This document shows positions 18,424 to 28,346 of a stretch of DNA of 64,000 bases, piece after piece. The notes below the pieces were generated by a model. That model was not told where the DNA came from. It saw only the letters and a program-made list of their open reading frames with translations, and did not search any database. The position numbers and the translations under genes were made by a program. How positions within the stretch are numbered: position 1 is the stretch's first letter; each line of letters opens with the position of its first letter. The stretch is from a virus: IMG/VR virus record IMGVR_UViG_3300028844_006278. One strand, 5' to 3'.

Positions 18424-20172
18424 ATGCAGGACCCCAGTAGATCAACCCTATTCAGCAAGATGCGGAAACGTATCCTGGAGAGCAAGAGCCGACATAAACT
18501 GCTCGCCGCGCTGACCTTATTCCGGCTGAAGGGTAAGAGCTACAACCTGTCTGACCACTACTTCTTTCGCCCACTGTTCCGTATAGACCTGCCGAGAAAG
18601 GTTCTGTATAAGTGTGCCAGGCAGGTAGGCAAGTCGCAGAATATGTCGGTAGCCAAGCTGTCTAGGACTATATCTACTCCGTACTACAACTCACTGTTCG
18701 TATGTCCGCGGTTCGAGCAGATAAAACGTATTAGCAATAACAACATGCGTCCCCTGATAGCGGAGTCTCCGTGTAAGGAGCTATTTCTTGAGAAGGGTGT
18801 AGGTAAGGAGCAATCTGTTCTGCAGCGCACGTTTCGGAACGGGTCTATACACTATTACTCGTTCGCATTTCTTGACGCGGAGCGTATCCGATCGATAGCC
18901 TGTAATAACGTCAACTACGACGAGGTGCAGGACATATTGTGGGAATTCCTTCCCGTCATCGCGGAGACGATGTCTGGGTCTAAGCTATACCGAGACGAGC
19001 TGTTCACAGGTACTCCGAAGACGTTCGATAACACTATCGATAAGCTGTGGAATGAGTCCTCTATGGCGGCGTGGACCACTCAATGCCAAGCATGTAACTA
19101 CTGGAACATAGCCTCTGCTGAGCACGACCTTCTGAAGATGCTTGGGAAGAAGGGAGTAAGCTGTGCTAAATGCGGCCGGGTCATAAATCCACGAGAAGGG
19201 GGATGGGTGCACGCCAATCCCAGCAAGCAGTCTGAATTTGTAGGATACCACGTTCCGCAGGCCATACATCCCGTGCACTTCGAGTCCGAGGACAACTGGC
19301 GGGACCTGCTCAATAAGATGCGCCTATATCCCACTTCCAAGTTCTGGAACGAGTGCTTAGGGGAGTCATACGACAGCGCCACTAAACTTATGTCCTTGAA
19401 CGACATCCGACGTGTAAGCACAGAGGATAAGCCGAACACCCTACGAGACGCCCTGTTCCGTAAGCGGGACTACAGTATGCTGTGCATGGGCATCGACTGG
19501 GGCGGGGGCGGCGATGAGTCAGAATCATATACCGCGGTTGTCATAGCAGGTACTCCTCGATCAGGAGGAGATGCCGTAGATGTCCTGTACGCTACCAAGC
19601 TGAACAGGAATATGCCTCCGCACGAGGAAACACAGCTAATACTGGATCTGATAACCAGATTCAATCCCGACCTTATTGCTCACGATTACGGCGGCGCGGG
19701 TAATCTAAGAGAGGTGATGCTAATACAGGCTGGAGTACCTCCTGAGAAGCTTATCCCGTATACATACTCGGTGACAGGAAATAAAGACGTCATCTACTTC
19801 AATGGAGGGGCCGCCCACGGCTCTCGGTCTAGCTATACAATAGACAAGCCCCGCTCTCTGGTCACCCTGTGTGCAATGATAAAGGGAGGAAAGGTACGGC
19901 TGCCTGAGTACGAAAGCAGCGTGGACTGCTTCTCAGACTTCGTTAACCTGGTAGAGCACCTTCAAGAGCGCCCTAGAGGCAGCGATGTGTTTCTAATATC
20001 GAAGGCTGCCGGCACCTGCGATGACATATGCCACGCCACCAACTACGCATGCAGCTGTATATGGTACAGCAAGCAGCAGTACCCGAACCTAGCCGAGGCC
20101 TTGGCTATAAAGCTATCACATTCTGACGCCGATATGATCGCTCCGAGAGGGGCCTCGGTCGACTGGCGCTAA
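18424..20172 (+). CDS. terL: Terminase large subunit (GpA-type ATPase, Zn motif, RNase H-like nuclease)
   Basis: KCARQVGKSQ, YDEVQD, TGTPK, CQAC...CAKC, GYHVPQ, NECLGESYD, MGIDWG, DDICHA. Confidence 0.88.
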   Translation: MQDPSRSTLFSKMRKRILESKSRHKLLAALTLFRLKGKSYNLSDHYFFRPLFRIDLPRKVLYKCARQVGKSQNMSVAKLSRTISTPYYNSLFVCPRFEQIKRISNNNMRPLIAESPCKELFLEKGVGKEQSVLQRTFRNGSIHYYSFAFLDAERIRSIACNNVNYDEVQDILWEFLPVIAETMSGSKLYRDELFTGTPKTFDNTIDKLWNESSMAAWTTQCQACNYWNIASAEHDLLKMLGKKGVSCAKCGRVINPREGGWVHANPSKQSEFVGYHVPQAIHPVHFESEDNWRDLLNKMRLYPTSKFWNECLGESYDSATKLMSLNDIRRVSTEDKPNTLRDALFRKRDYSMLCMGIDWGGGGDESESYTAVVIAGTPRSGGDAVDVLYATKLNRNMPPHEETQLILDLITRFNPDLIAHDYGGAGNLREVMLIQAGVPPEKLIPYTYSVTGNKDVIYFNGGAAHGSRSSYTIDKPRSLVTLCAMIKGGKVRLPEYESSVDCFSDFVNLVEHLQERPRGSDVFLISKAAGTCDDICHATNYACSCIWYSKQQYPNLAEALAIKLSHSDADMIAPRGASVDWR

Positions 20173-20203
20173 CGACTACCCTATAACCCCTACGTAATTA
20201 CCT

Positions 20204-20572
20204 ATGGATATACATTCCCGCAGAGAAGCACTAGCCGAGAAGATAGAGGCATTAAAAGAGGATGCACCTACTGCAGAGCATCCGTCTCTCCTTAAATTGG
20301 CTAAGAACCTTGCCCGATCAGCATCGGCAGCCTTAGAGCATGCTTTAGACACAGGAGATGTCTTGGTGGAGGAAGAAGAGTTCCTTGACAGGATGGAGAC
20401 CTGCGTTACATGTACGCTGTTTGATCCACAAGAGGTGAGATGCTCTCACGAGTCTTGCGGCTGCTTTTTGGAGCTAAAGGCCCGGATGGCGTCGACATAC
20501 TGCCCTCTACATTTATGGGTAGGTGATCTGGAGAAAGCTCAACTATACGGCCACGAAGAAGAGGAGAACTGA
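20204..20572 (+). CDS. Small Cys-rich protein (DUF6171-like pattern)
   Basis: RMETCVTC...RCSHESCGCFLELKARM...CPLHLW. Confidence 0.65.
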   Translation: MDIHSRREALAEKIEALKEDAPTAEHPSLLKLAKNLARSASAALEHALDTGDVLVEEEEFLDRMETCVTCTLFDPQEVRCSHESCGCFLELKARMASTYCPLHLWVGDLEKAQLYGHEEEEN

Positions 20573-20574
20573 CA

Positions 20575-21153
20575 ATGTCCCGTTCCAAGAAAAAGACCAA
20601 GTCCCGGACACGCCGCAAGGCATCCTTCAATATCGGCAAGTCTAAGGACGAGTCGTTCATCACATATGATACGATGTGGGCGGAGAACGGGATCGTGTAC
20701 ATCCGAGGCAAAGACGGAATAGTATCCACCATGACCACGCTGGAGGCAGCAAATAGAGCTAAAGGCCTGAACGAGATGCTGGGAAATCCTAAAATCACTA
20801 AATCCAGCAGAGACCACTATGTGCGCTTCGTCGAGAAGGTGATCAAGGTTATCCACGCTGCCAAGGCTCAGCTGGAGACCCCGGGCAATAGCACTTCCTC
20901 CATAATCTCCAATGTCATGGCAGGTAAGACTGCGGACGGCAAGGAGATCAAGATGACCCAGGAGAGCCGGCTCGAGCTATTGGAGTTCAAATTCCCCATG
21001 CTCACCTCAGAGGAAATCCGCACAGTGTGTAACGAGCGAAGCTTGTCAATGGCGGAGAAGATTGAGATGCTCCGTACTATCAATCAAGACCGAATGGCAG
21101 ACAAATACCGACAGGCTGAGGCGGCCGGCGGGGTAGTATCCGGCCTAACTTAG
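20575..21153 (+). CDS. Hypothetical protein
   Basis: 192 aa, GAGGAG RBS. Confidence 0.75.
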   Translation: MSRSKKKTKSRTRRKASFNIGKSKDESFITYDTMWAENGIVYIRGKDGIVSTMTTLEAANRAKGLNEMLGNPKITKSSRDHYVRFVEKVIKVIHAAKAQLETPGNSTSSIISNVMAGKTADGKEIKMTQESRLELLEFKFPMLTSEEIRTVCNERSLSMAEKIEMLRTINQDRMADKYRQAEAAGGVVSGLT

Positions 21154-21821
21154 GACGCCTCGCGCATAGTAGCAGATAGCTGACTCTTGATCTGCTCTAC
21201 ATCCCCGTACCGGAGAGGTAGGCGAGTCAGCTGCTGGAAGAGGGACAGGAGTCGAGCATTGTTCTCGGCCTCTAGTCCCTCTTTTTCTTCCGCACGTCTT
21301 GTGAAGTATACCTGAGACTCCACCTCGTCTGAAAAGGCCTCTGACTCTATTCCTTGTGTCCTCTCGTCTCTCTCAGCGAACCCGAGGATAGCGGGAGGAT
21401 CCTGAACCCCCTCCTGGTCTAGCAACTGTCCGACGTATCTGGCTATGTTATGGCTGAACTCTGTTTCGTCCGCAAACTCCCCTAGCAGAACCCGCGATTC
21501 GGAGACTCCCCATAGCACATCGTCCAGGTCCGCCGGCAGGAATACCTCTGAGGACACTACTCCGAAGTTTAGGGCGTTGCATACTGCAGAGAAGGTCTCC
21601 AGAGATAGGTAGAATAGGTTAGAGTTAAACAAAGAGACTGCTGCATTTACCCGGTCCAGTAGCTCAGGAGTCGGATCGATCCCGAAGGTCGTAGCCAGCT
21701 CCATCTCAATGGTTGCAGGATCCCATTCAAAGAACTTTGAACCCCACGCATCCACTAGAAGCACTATAGCGGAAGTCGAGAACAGGGTAGGGTCTTGTAG
21801 CCAGTCTCTAGCAGTCTTCAT
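21150..21821 (-). CDS. Hypothetical protein
   Basis: Likely start ATG 21821, 1 nt after the upstream stop. Confidence 0.75.
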   Translation of the reverse strand: MKTARDWLQDPTLFSTSAIVLLVDAWGSKFFEWDPATIEMELATTFGIDPTPELLDRVNAAVSLFNSNLFYLSLETFSAVCNALNFGVVSSEVFLPADLDDVLWGVSESRVLLGEFADETEFSHNIARYVGQLLDQEGVQDPPAILGFAERDERTQGIESEAFSDEVESQVYFTRRAEEKEGLEAENNARLLSLFQQLTRLPLRYGDVEQIKSQLSATMREAS

Positions 21822-21822
21822 A

Positions 21823-22881
21823 CTAGCCCGACACCTCGTCAACGGCGGATCGGATGTGAGAATACAGGATTTCCGACCGTCTGGAAGACATGGCCTTCAC
21901 GGCGTCTACTAGCTCGTCCTCGTTAGCGGTCTTCTCACCAAAGCAGCGCTCCAGCCACGCCCCGGCCTTCGCTACCCGGAGATCTTGTCGAGAAATAACT
22001 TCCCCGCATCTCAGCTCTACGGCCTCTTTGGCGAAAGAGTCTACATCATGGGTAGTTGTCTGGAATATCTGTTCGTATCCTGGGCGGAAAGTATCCGTAT
22101 ATCGATCGCACATCGATGTGACTCGATCGACCGCGTCGAGCATAGCCGCCGTCTTACTGAGAAGCTCTGGGCCTAAAAGGTTGCCTGTCTCCTCGGATGC
22201 GGCTGCCTTAAGGATGCCGTCAAGCTCATCCATCTCTACTCCAACGCTCTTCAGTGGGCCCTGCATAGCGTTGCGGCGCTGACGGACTGCGCGACGGGCA
22301 GCCTCCAGCGTCCCTACTCCGTAGCCGGCAAGTTTGTGAAGCGAGCACATCACTTCATTGGTGATGTCTCCCTTCATAGCTGCTGGAGCGGCGATTACTT
22401 GTCTCGCAGACGCCTGTCGCGCCATATAGGGATAGTCGTCGTTCTCCACGATATGGGCGGCCACCTTAGTCATCTCCTCGGGTGAGGATACATAGGTAGT
22501 ATGTGTGTCTCCGCCTACATCGAATACAACGGAGTATGCCGAGGCAGGCTCTTCGATACTGGCCTCCTTAGGCGTGTCGAAGCGTGGGAGGTCTACCCCC
22601 CATAGCTCGGCAGCGCTCTCCACGGCAGCTTGGATGCCCTGGAAGGTGCACGGAGAGAGGGCTGAGGCACTCTTGTGAAGATACGCAGCGGACAGCCATA
22701 TATCGGCCTTTGTGTGAATAGGGAATCGACGCATCTCTGGATATGCGAACCCAGCCGGAGGAAGATCCTTCAGGCTGTCTGCATCCGGCAGGGAGGCTTC
22801 CTTAACGAATTCCGGAAGGTTGACTTCTTGGCTGATTTGGTACAGTGTGGCGTTATTGGTGTCGGAGACATGATCGAACAT
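21823..22881 (-). CDS. Hypothetical protein rich in K-x-A(S/A) motifs, possible head-associated protein
   Basis: Likely start ATG 22881 (GGAG upstream); KEAS x2, KSAS, KVAA, KLAG, KAAA, KTAA, KEAV, KTAN. Confidence 0.7.
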   Translation of the reverse strand: MFDHVSDTNNATLYQISQEVNLPEFVKEASLPDADSLKDLPPAGFAYPEMRRFPIHTKADIWLSAAYLHKSASALSPCTFQGIQAAVESAAELWGVDLPRFDTPKEASIEEPASAYSVVFDVGGDTHTTYVSSPEEMTKVAAHIVENDDYPYMARQASARQVIAAPAAMKGDITNEVMCSLHKLAGYGVGTLEAARRAVRQRRNAMQGPLKSVGVEMDELDGILKAAASEETGNLLGPELLSKTAAMLDAVDRVTSMCDRYTDTFRPGYEQIFQTTTHDVDSFAKEAVELRCGEVISRQDLRVAKAGAWLERCFGEKTANEDELVDAVKAMSSRRSEILYSHIRSAVDEVSG

Positions 22882-22908
22882 AGGACTAACTCCTAGGGTA
22901 GTTGGAAT

Positions 22909-23616
22909 ATGGGTAGAGGCAAAGATGAGCAAGCGCAGAAGAGCGTAGTTCCCAGGATAATTGAGAAATGTCCTAGATGTGCTGAGCGCACGTGCGGGAG
23001 ATTCGGGAGAATAAAAGCTCCGTGGTTCTACTGCTATAGCTGCTTGGCCTCTGGGTCTAAGGGATGGATGTACCATAATAACAGCAACGGCATGCAAACA
23101 CAACTCAGCATTAGAAAATACCTACAGCAAGCCCGAAGGGCTTATCTTGATGATGGATTTCCGGACTCCGTAGATAGGGCGAGATACGGGGTCCCGGGTA
23201 TGCGATGGGATGCACTACACCATTCACTATTCGAAGGCCTACTGTTCCGGGGATCTAAGGCCGGCCTGGAGAGCGTAATGAGAGATAACCACGGGTTCTG
23301 CAGATCGAGCTCTAAGCTATTGCCGGAGACTGAGCGACCGTTCCTGGTTATAGAGCAGTACCCCGGCCTAGTATGTGGCGTCTGCTTCCTCACGCCCGAC
23401 GGGCCTGTATCTACCTATCTGTCCACTATACGAAGAGGCAGCGCGACTCCGGCTATTATACTGTATATGCCGAATAGCTTCACAGGACTGATAAGCGTGC
23501 CGGGCGGCTTAGATAAAGCACTGCCTGTGGCTAAAGAGTACGCAGCCTTTAATCTACCAACATGCGTTGTCGCAGATTTGTCGGAGGATTACGGAAGAGC
23601 GAATAAGGCGTTGTAG
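22909..23616 (+). CDS. Hypothetical protein with N-terminal zinc ribbon
   Basis: CPRC...WFYCYSC...G, resembling a primase-type Zn ribbon; no TOPRIM motifs. Confidence 0.6.
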   Translation: MGRGKDEQAQKSVVPRIIEKCPRCAERTCGRFGRIKAPWFYCYSCLASGSKGWMYHNNSNGMQTQLSIRKYLQQARRAYLDDGFPDSVDRARYGVPGMRWDALHHSLFEGLLFRGSKAGLESVMRDNHGFCRSSSKLLPETERPFLVIEQYPGLVCGVCFLTPDGPVSTYLSTIRRGSATPAIILYMPNSFTGLISVPGGLDKALPVAKEYAAFNLPTCVVADLSEDYGRANKAL

Positions 23617-24065
23617 ATATCTCGAATAGCCAAGGGAGCCGTCCAGAATGCGACGTTGATGTTAGTTCTACCCTCGTACCACTCAGATGCCAGGCTATCT
23701 CCGGTAATATCGTCAGACACATAAATTCTGTGTAGGATGGCCATAATCAGGGCATCCCGCTCTTCGTAGTTAAGGGCATCTACAGCATCCGCAGCAGCGT
23801 CTCTAATCGCTTGTCGGCCGTCCGCTGCATTTATGTCCCTCAATGCTTGTAGAGCATCAGTGCACGCCGATGCACTATCTAGCATACGAGCGTACAGGGG
23901 ATCTCCCGGCGCCTGCTGCCAGTCCCCCTCAAGTAGGCTAGACCCAGTATCGTTGAACAGGAAGATATATTCGATAATCTTATCGGACATAGCAACTAGC
24001 TCTTCTTCGTGAAGAGTGGCCAATGCTCCTACGGCCGCCATTCTTATTTGAGTACGATCTGCCAT
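23589..24065 (-). CDS. Hypothetical acidic protein
   Basis: 158 aa, AGGAG RBS. Confidence 0.75.
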   Translation of the reverse strand: MADRTQIRMAAVGALATLHEEELVAMSDKIIEYIFLFNDTGSSLLEGDWQQAPGDPLYARMLDSASACTDALQALRDINAADGRQAIRDAAADAVDALNYEERDALIMAILHRIYVSDDITGDSLASEWYEGRTNINVAFWTAPLAIRDIYNALFALP

Positions 24066-24078
24066 ACCTTATCTCCTA

Positions 24079-26415
24079 TTAGTGGGGGTCGCATTCGTCG
24101 TAGTCGAATAGAGATACCCCTGCCTGAGCAGTAGCGTCCTCTCCGTTCCCGCTCTGGTCCGGAACATCAGTAAGGGTAGACTGGTTGCCGACATAGTGGA
24201 ACAGTGCTCCGGCTGGGGGCTCCTTAAAGCATCCTGCCGCGTAGAAGTCGGACGGCGTCTCGTATGAGTCGTACATACATATGTGATCCAAATACCCGTC
24301 GACAGTGCCCATGCGTCCGGCGGAAGTAAGTACCGATATCCCGGTACCGGGCCAGCTAGTGCTGGTAGACTCGGAGTACATACTAGTCCCGTCGCTCAGC
24401 CATAGCTGCGCTGTGTTAGTAGAGGACTGGTATCTCCACACAAGCTGCCTCCAGACATTATCGTCCCACCCCAATGTAGAAGAGTACATACGGACATCGC
24501 CTACACTCGGATGGTGGCTGATGATTCTAATCTTAGTGCCGTCGCGGTCCCACCATACGTTCTGGATTGATCCGGACGACGGGCGATAGAACGCTGTGAA
24601 GCTGGCGGTGGAGTCCCATCGAAACCGGCCCGCTATTGTAAGATCTGTGAATGTGCTCCAGGTCGGTGTAGCATCCATTGTAATATACCCGGACCCTATG
24701 TCAAACGCCTGAAGTTGGGGAGCCGGGGCGGCGGCTACTAGGCTCGAAATCTCGTAGAGGCTAGACACATCGACCGGGCTAGACACATCCACAGGGCTCG
24801 ACACATCGACCGGGCTAGACACATCGACCGGGCTAGACACATCGACCGGGCTCGATACATCGACCGGGCTCGATACATCGACCGGGCTCGAAATCTCGTA
24901 GAGGCTCGAAATCTCGTAGAGGCTCGAAATCTCGTATAGGCTAGACACATCTACAGGGCTAGACACATCGACCGGGCTCGATACATCCACAGGGCTCGAC
25001 ACATCTACAGGGCTAGACACATCTACAGGGCTAGACACATCTACAGGGCTCGACACATCGACCGGGCTCGAAATCTCGTATAGGCTCGAAATCTCGTATA
25101 GGCTCGAAATCTCGTATAGGCTCGAAATCTCGTAGAGGCTAGACACATCTACAGGGCTAGACACATCGACAGGGCTAGACACATCGACCGGGCTCGATAC
25201 ATCGACCGGGCTCGACACATCTACAGGGCTCGAAATCTCGTATAGGCTCGAAATCTCGTAGAGGCTCGACACATCTACAGGGCTAGACACATCGACCGGG
25301 CTCGAAATCTCGTATAGGCTCGACACATCGACCGGGCTAGACACATCCACAGGGCTCGAAATCTCGTATAGGCTCGAAATCTCGTATAGGCTAGACACAT
25401 CTACAGGGCTCGACACATCTACAGGGCTAGACACATCTACAGGGCTCGACACATCCACAGGGCTCGACACATCCACAGGGCTCGACACATCCACAGGGCT
25501 CGACACATCCACAGGGCTAGACACATCTACAGGGCTAGACACATCTACAGGGCTAGACACATCTACAGGGCTCGACACATCTACAGGGCTAGACACATCT
25601 ACAGGGCTCGACACATCTACAGGGCTAGACACATCGACAGGGCTCGACACATCGACAGGGCTCGATACATCCACCGGGCTAGATACATCCACCGGGCTAG
25701 AAATCTCGTAGAGGCTCGAAATCTCGTATAGGCTCGAAATCTCGTATAGGCTAGACACATCTACAGGGCTAGACACATCTACAGGGCTCGACACATCTAC
25801 AGTGCTAGATACATCGACCGGGCTCGAAATCTCGTAGAGGCTCGAAATCTCGTAGAGGCTAGACACATCGACCGGGCTAGACACATCCACAGGGCTCGAC
25901 ACATCTACAGGGCTAGACACATCTACAGGGCTCGACACATCCACAGGGCTCGACACATCTACAGGGCTAGACACATCCACAGGGCTCGACACATCCACAG
26001 GGCTAGACACATCTACAGGGCTCGACACATCGACCGGGCTAGACACATCCACAGGGCTCGACACATCTACAGGGCTCGACACATCTACAGGGCTCGATAC
26101 ATCCTCAGCAAATGGATTATCGGAAGATGCAAATCTATCAGATAAGCTAGACATCTCCTGAGCCGTAAGAGATATTGCATAAGAGCTGCTGGAAGGAGTG
26201 AATGCAACAGAGACGCCCTGGGCGGCGATGGAAGATGCGCCGAGTAGCGAACTAGAGGAGCTGGTACCTAGGCAGTCCGCGCACGTTTCGTACGTAGGCA
26301 CGCCCCCCGCTTCAGGCGAGTTGGGGACAGTAGTCACGTATCTGGCAAACGAGAAGCACTTCCCGTCTATCTTGACTACTTCTCCGGCAAACTCAGGTAA
26401 TATACGATGGTCCAT
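24079..26415 (-). CDS. Mucin-like fibre/adhesin: N-terminal Cys module, ~75 Ser-rich hexapeptide repeats, C-terminal LamG-like lectin domain
   Basis: GEVVKIDGKCF...YETCADC; (SSPVDV)/(SSLYEI)n; DLTIAGRF, DNVWRQLVWRY, DGYLDHICMYD, DQSGNGEDAT. Confidence 0.7.
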   Translation of the reverse strand: MDHRILPEFAGEVVKIDGKCFSFARYVTTVPNSPEAGGVPTYETCADCLGTSSSSSLLGASSIAAQGVSVAFTPSSSSYAISLTAQEMSSLSDRFASSDNPFAEDVSSPVDVSSPVDVSSPVDVSSPVDVSSPVDVSSPVDVSSPVDVSSPVDVSSPVDVSSPVDVSSPVDVSSPVDVSSPVDVSSLYEISSLYEISSPVDVSSTVDVSSPVDVSSPVDVSSLYEISSLYEISSLYEISSPVDVSSPVDVSSPVDVSSPVDVSSPVDVSSPVDVSSPVDVSSPVDVSSPVDVSSPVDVSSPVDVSSPVDVSSPVDVSSPVDVSSPVDVSSPVDVSSPVDVSSLYEISSLYEISSPVDVSSPVDVSSLYEISSPVDVSSPVDVSSLYEISSLYEISSPVDVSSPVDVSSPVDVSSPVDVSSPVDVSSLYEISSLYEISSLYEISSLYEISSPVDVSSPVDVSSPVDVSSPVDVSSPVDVSSPVDVSSPVDVSSLYEISSLYEISSLYEISSPVDVSSPVDVSSPVDVSSPVDVSSPVDVSSPVDVSSPVDVSSLYEISSLVAAAPAPQLQAFDIGSGYITMDATPTWSTFTDLTIAGRFRWDSTASFTAFYRPSSGSIQNVWWDRDGTKIRIISHHPSVGDVRMYSSTLGWDDNVWRQLVWRYQSSTNTAQLWLSDGTSMYSESTSTSWPGTGISVLTSAGRMGTVDGYLDHICMYDSYETPSDFYAAGCFKEPPAGALFHYVGNQSTLTDVPDQSGNGEDATAQAGVSLFDYDECDPH
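24740..26103 (-). repeat. 18-bp coding tandem array (~75 units, two unit types)
   Basis: Units such as gggctagacacatctaca and aggctcgaaatctcgtat with synonymous variants; no spacers. Confidence 0.97.
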
Positions 26416-26428
26416 AACGTCCTTCTGG

Positions 26429-28261
26429 TTACTCTAGCGTAAGGGTCTCGCCGTCTTCTGTTATGAAGTTCTCCCCGGTCTCGAGAACTAACCCGAATTC
26501 TTCCGCAGATGACGAGGACGGTGACGTATCTAATACAGCTCCTACACAATCTAAGCAATCGAAGTACGGTCCGAGGACATTAATGGGAGGAGAGAGGAAG
26601 TCGAATACCACGTCGCAATACGGACTGGATGATCCCTCCTCTAGCATCGTAAAGCACGCGCTGCTGCTTACATCGAAATGAACTTCAAAAGTCTCGCCCG
26701 GAATAAACTGGTCTATGTAGTAGGAAGGAATGCACCACACTTCCTCGTCTTGGCAGTGAAGGGCCAGAGTCATATCAGGCATCGCCGCATCGTCGTTGAT
26801 AAGAGTCACTCGGCCGGATAGGTCTAAGACAGAACTGTCAGAGGAGGACGAGTTCTCTTCTATTGGCCTCTGGTCTACAAGAGCCTGCTGTCCGTCATCC
26901 TTCGCAGACAGCAGAGGATCCAATACATCGTCCGGTAGGCCACTAGCGCAGTCGAAGCACCCGTCGAATACATCATCCAAGGTCGGGGAAGACAGCACAC
27001 GCGTGCTACCTGAGGAGCAGGATGGAAGAGAGTCCGACGGGCCTGTATGTACGTCGATGAATGAATAGCAGACTCCGTCAATCTTAAGGACATCCCCGTC
27101 TACGAACCCGGCTACGCTAGAAGAGGCTCCGTTAAGCAGGTCATCCATACATGCCCACGTACAGCTGTAAATAGGCACGGTAGGCATTCCATATACCTCG
27201 TGTATGCCTCGGACGTCTTCGTAGGACTTAACAAGCCCGCCACCGCCCCACGATTTATCCAGCCGACCTGCTCCGTATATGTGCGAACGATTAACGACTG
27301 TGGGAAACAATACGGACTTATAGGAATGAGTAGCGTATACCGGAGTGCCCTTAAAGGATTCGTTGTGCTTAAATCCTAGAGAATGTCCTATCTCATGCGC
27401 AGCTACATAAGCTATGCTATATGAGTTAGTATCCCCTCTGTGCTTGTTAGAAGAGTCCTTAGACCAAGGACTGCCTCTATCAAAATGTAAGACAGTCCCT
27501 CCAGCTCCGTTCCCTATCTTAGCGTACCTAAGCGGATAGGAGGCGTGAGCTAGTGCGGACAGATCCTCCATGCCGAACCGGAAATCTCCTCTAGTTAGTG
27601 AGGGATTGCTATTCTCGTCACCCGTGTACGTGAACTCCACCGTAAGTTGGTTGGAGAACCCGAACGATGGGCTATATGCGAACTCAAACGCAGCCTTCCA
27701 TTGGTCGAACGCGGATTGTATCTCTGCGAGAAATTCAGCCTTCGTTACTGGATTTCCTGTAGTGCTGCGCTCTGCGCTAACATCCGCAACCGGGTCCTCT
27801 TTTAGCTCGAAGATAGGGGCATGCCACGGAGAGCCTCTGGTATATTTCTGAAGTGTCCACGTGAAGGAAATAGTCTGGGGACCCTCCGCTAGGTCATCTA
27901 CAGCATCCTTCAGCTCGTACCAGTATCCGCCCTCTTCACCGGTCCAGGCACCTTCGTACGTATAGGGCTCTGTTGCCACAAAGCAGTTATCGAGCCGCGC
28001 CCACTCCAAGCATTCGTACAAGCTGATAGATACAGAGCTCGAGCTTACAACCAATGTACTAGGTGTCGTGGAGCTAGGGACCTCAGAGACTGCTATAGCC
28101 GAACAATCTTCGCACGTATCATACCTAGATGCATCGGAGTCTAGGATATCCGGCTCTCCTGACGAGGCGTACCCGTCAAAGATATAGCATACGCCGTCTA
28201 TCTTCACCACATCTCCGGAGTAATCCGGGAGTAAGTATTCTCTGTCTCCGTATATAGGCAT
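26429..28261 (-). CDS. Matrixin-like (M10, metzincin) zinc metalloprotease flanked by three Cys modules
   Basis: AFDQW...DFRFG...LAHASYP...HFD...W, VAAHEIGHSLGFKH (27365-27397), SVLFP at the Met-turn; C-terminal LETGENFITEDGETLTLE. Confidence 0.85.
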   Translation of the reverse strand: MPIYGDREYLLPDYSGDVVKIDGVCYIFDGYASSGEPDILDSDASRYDTCEDCSAIAVSEVPSSTTPSTLVVSSSSVSISLYECLEWARLDNCFVATEPYTYEGAWTGEEGGYWYELKDAVDDLAEGPQTISFTWTLQKYTRGSPWHAPIFELKEDPVADVSAERSTTGNPVTKAEFLAEIQSAFDQWKAAFEFAYSPSFGFSNQLTVEFTYTGDENSNPSLTRGDFRFGMEDLSALAHASYPLRYAKIGNGAGGTVLHFDRGSPWSKDSSNKHRGDTNSYSIAYVAAHEIGHSLGFKHNESFKGTPVYATHSYKSVLFPTVVNRSHIYGAGRLDKSWGGGGLVKSYEDVRGIHEVYGMPTVPIYSCTWACMDDLLNGASSSVAGFVDGDVLKIDGVCYSFIDVHTGPSDSLPSCSSGSTRVLSSPTLDDVFDGCFDCASGLPDDVLDPLLSAKDDGQQALVDQRPIEENSSSSDSSVLDLSGRVTLINDDAAMPDMTLALHCQDEEVWCIPSYYIDQFIPGETFEVHFDVSSSACFTMLEEGSSSPYCDVVFDFLSPPINVLGPYFDCLDCVGAVLDTSPSSSSAEEFGLVLETGENFITEDGETLTLE

Positions 28262-28346
28262 AAAGCGGTCTCTGGTGTTTACAGGCAGTCAGGCGGCTGT
28301 GGGGAATACACTGGTGTAAGCACTTTAGTACAGTAAATCATAGAGG

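Noticed and set aside
22882-23103. N-terminal extension of 21823-23103 (likewise 51892-52089 and 17106-17255 for their ORFs)
   Set aside because: They overlap other plausible genes; downstream ATGs are better placed
24740-26103. CRISPR array
   Set aside because: Units abut with no unique spacers, are 18 bp, in frame and vary synonymously; no cas genes
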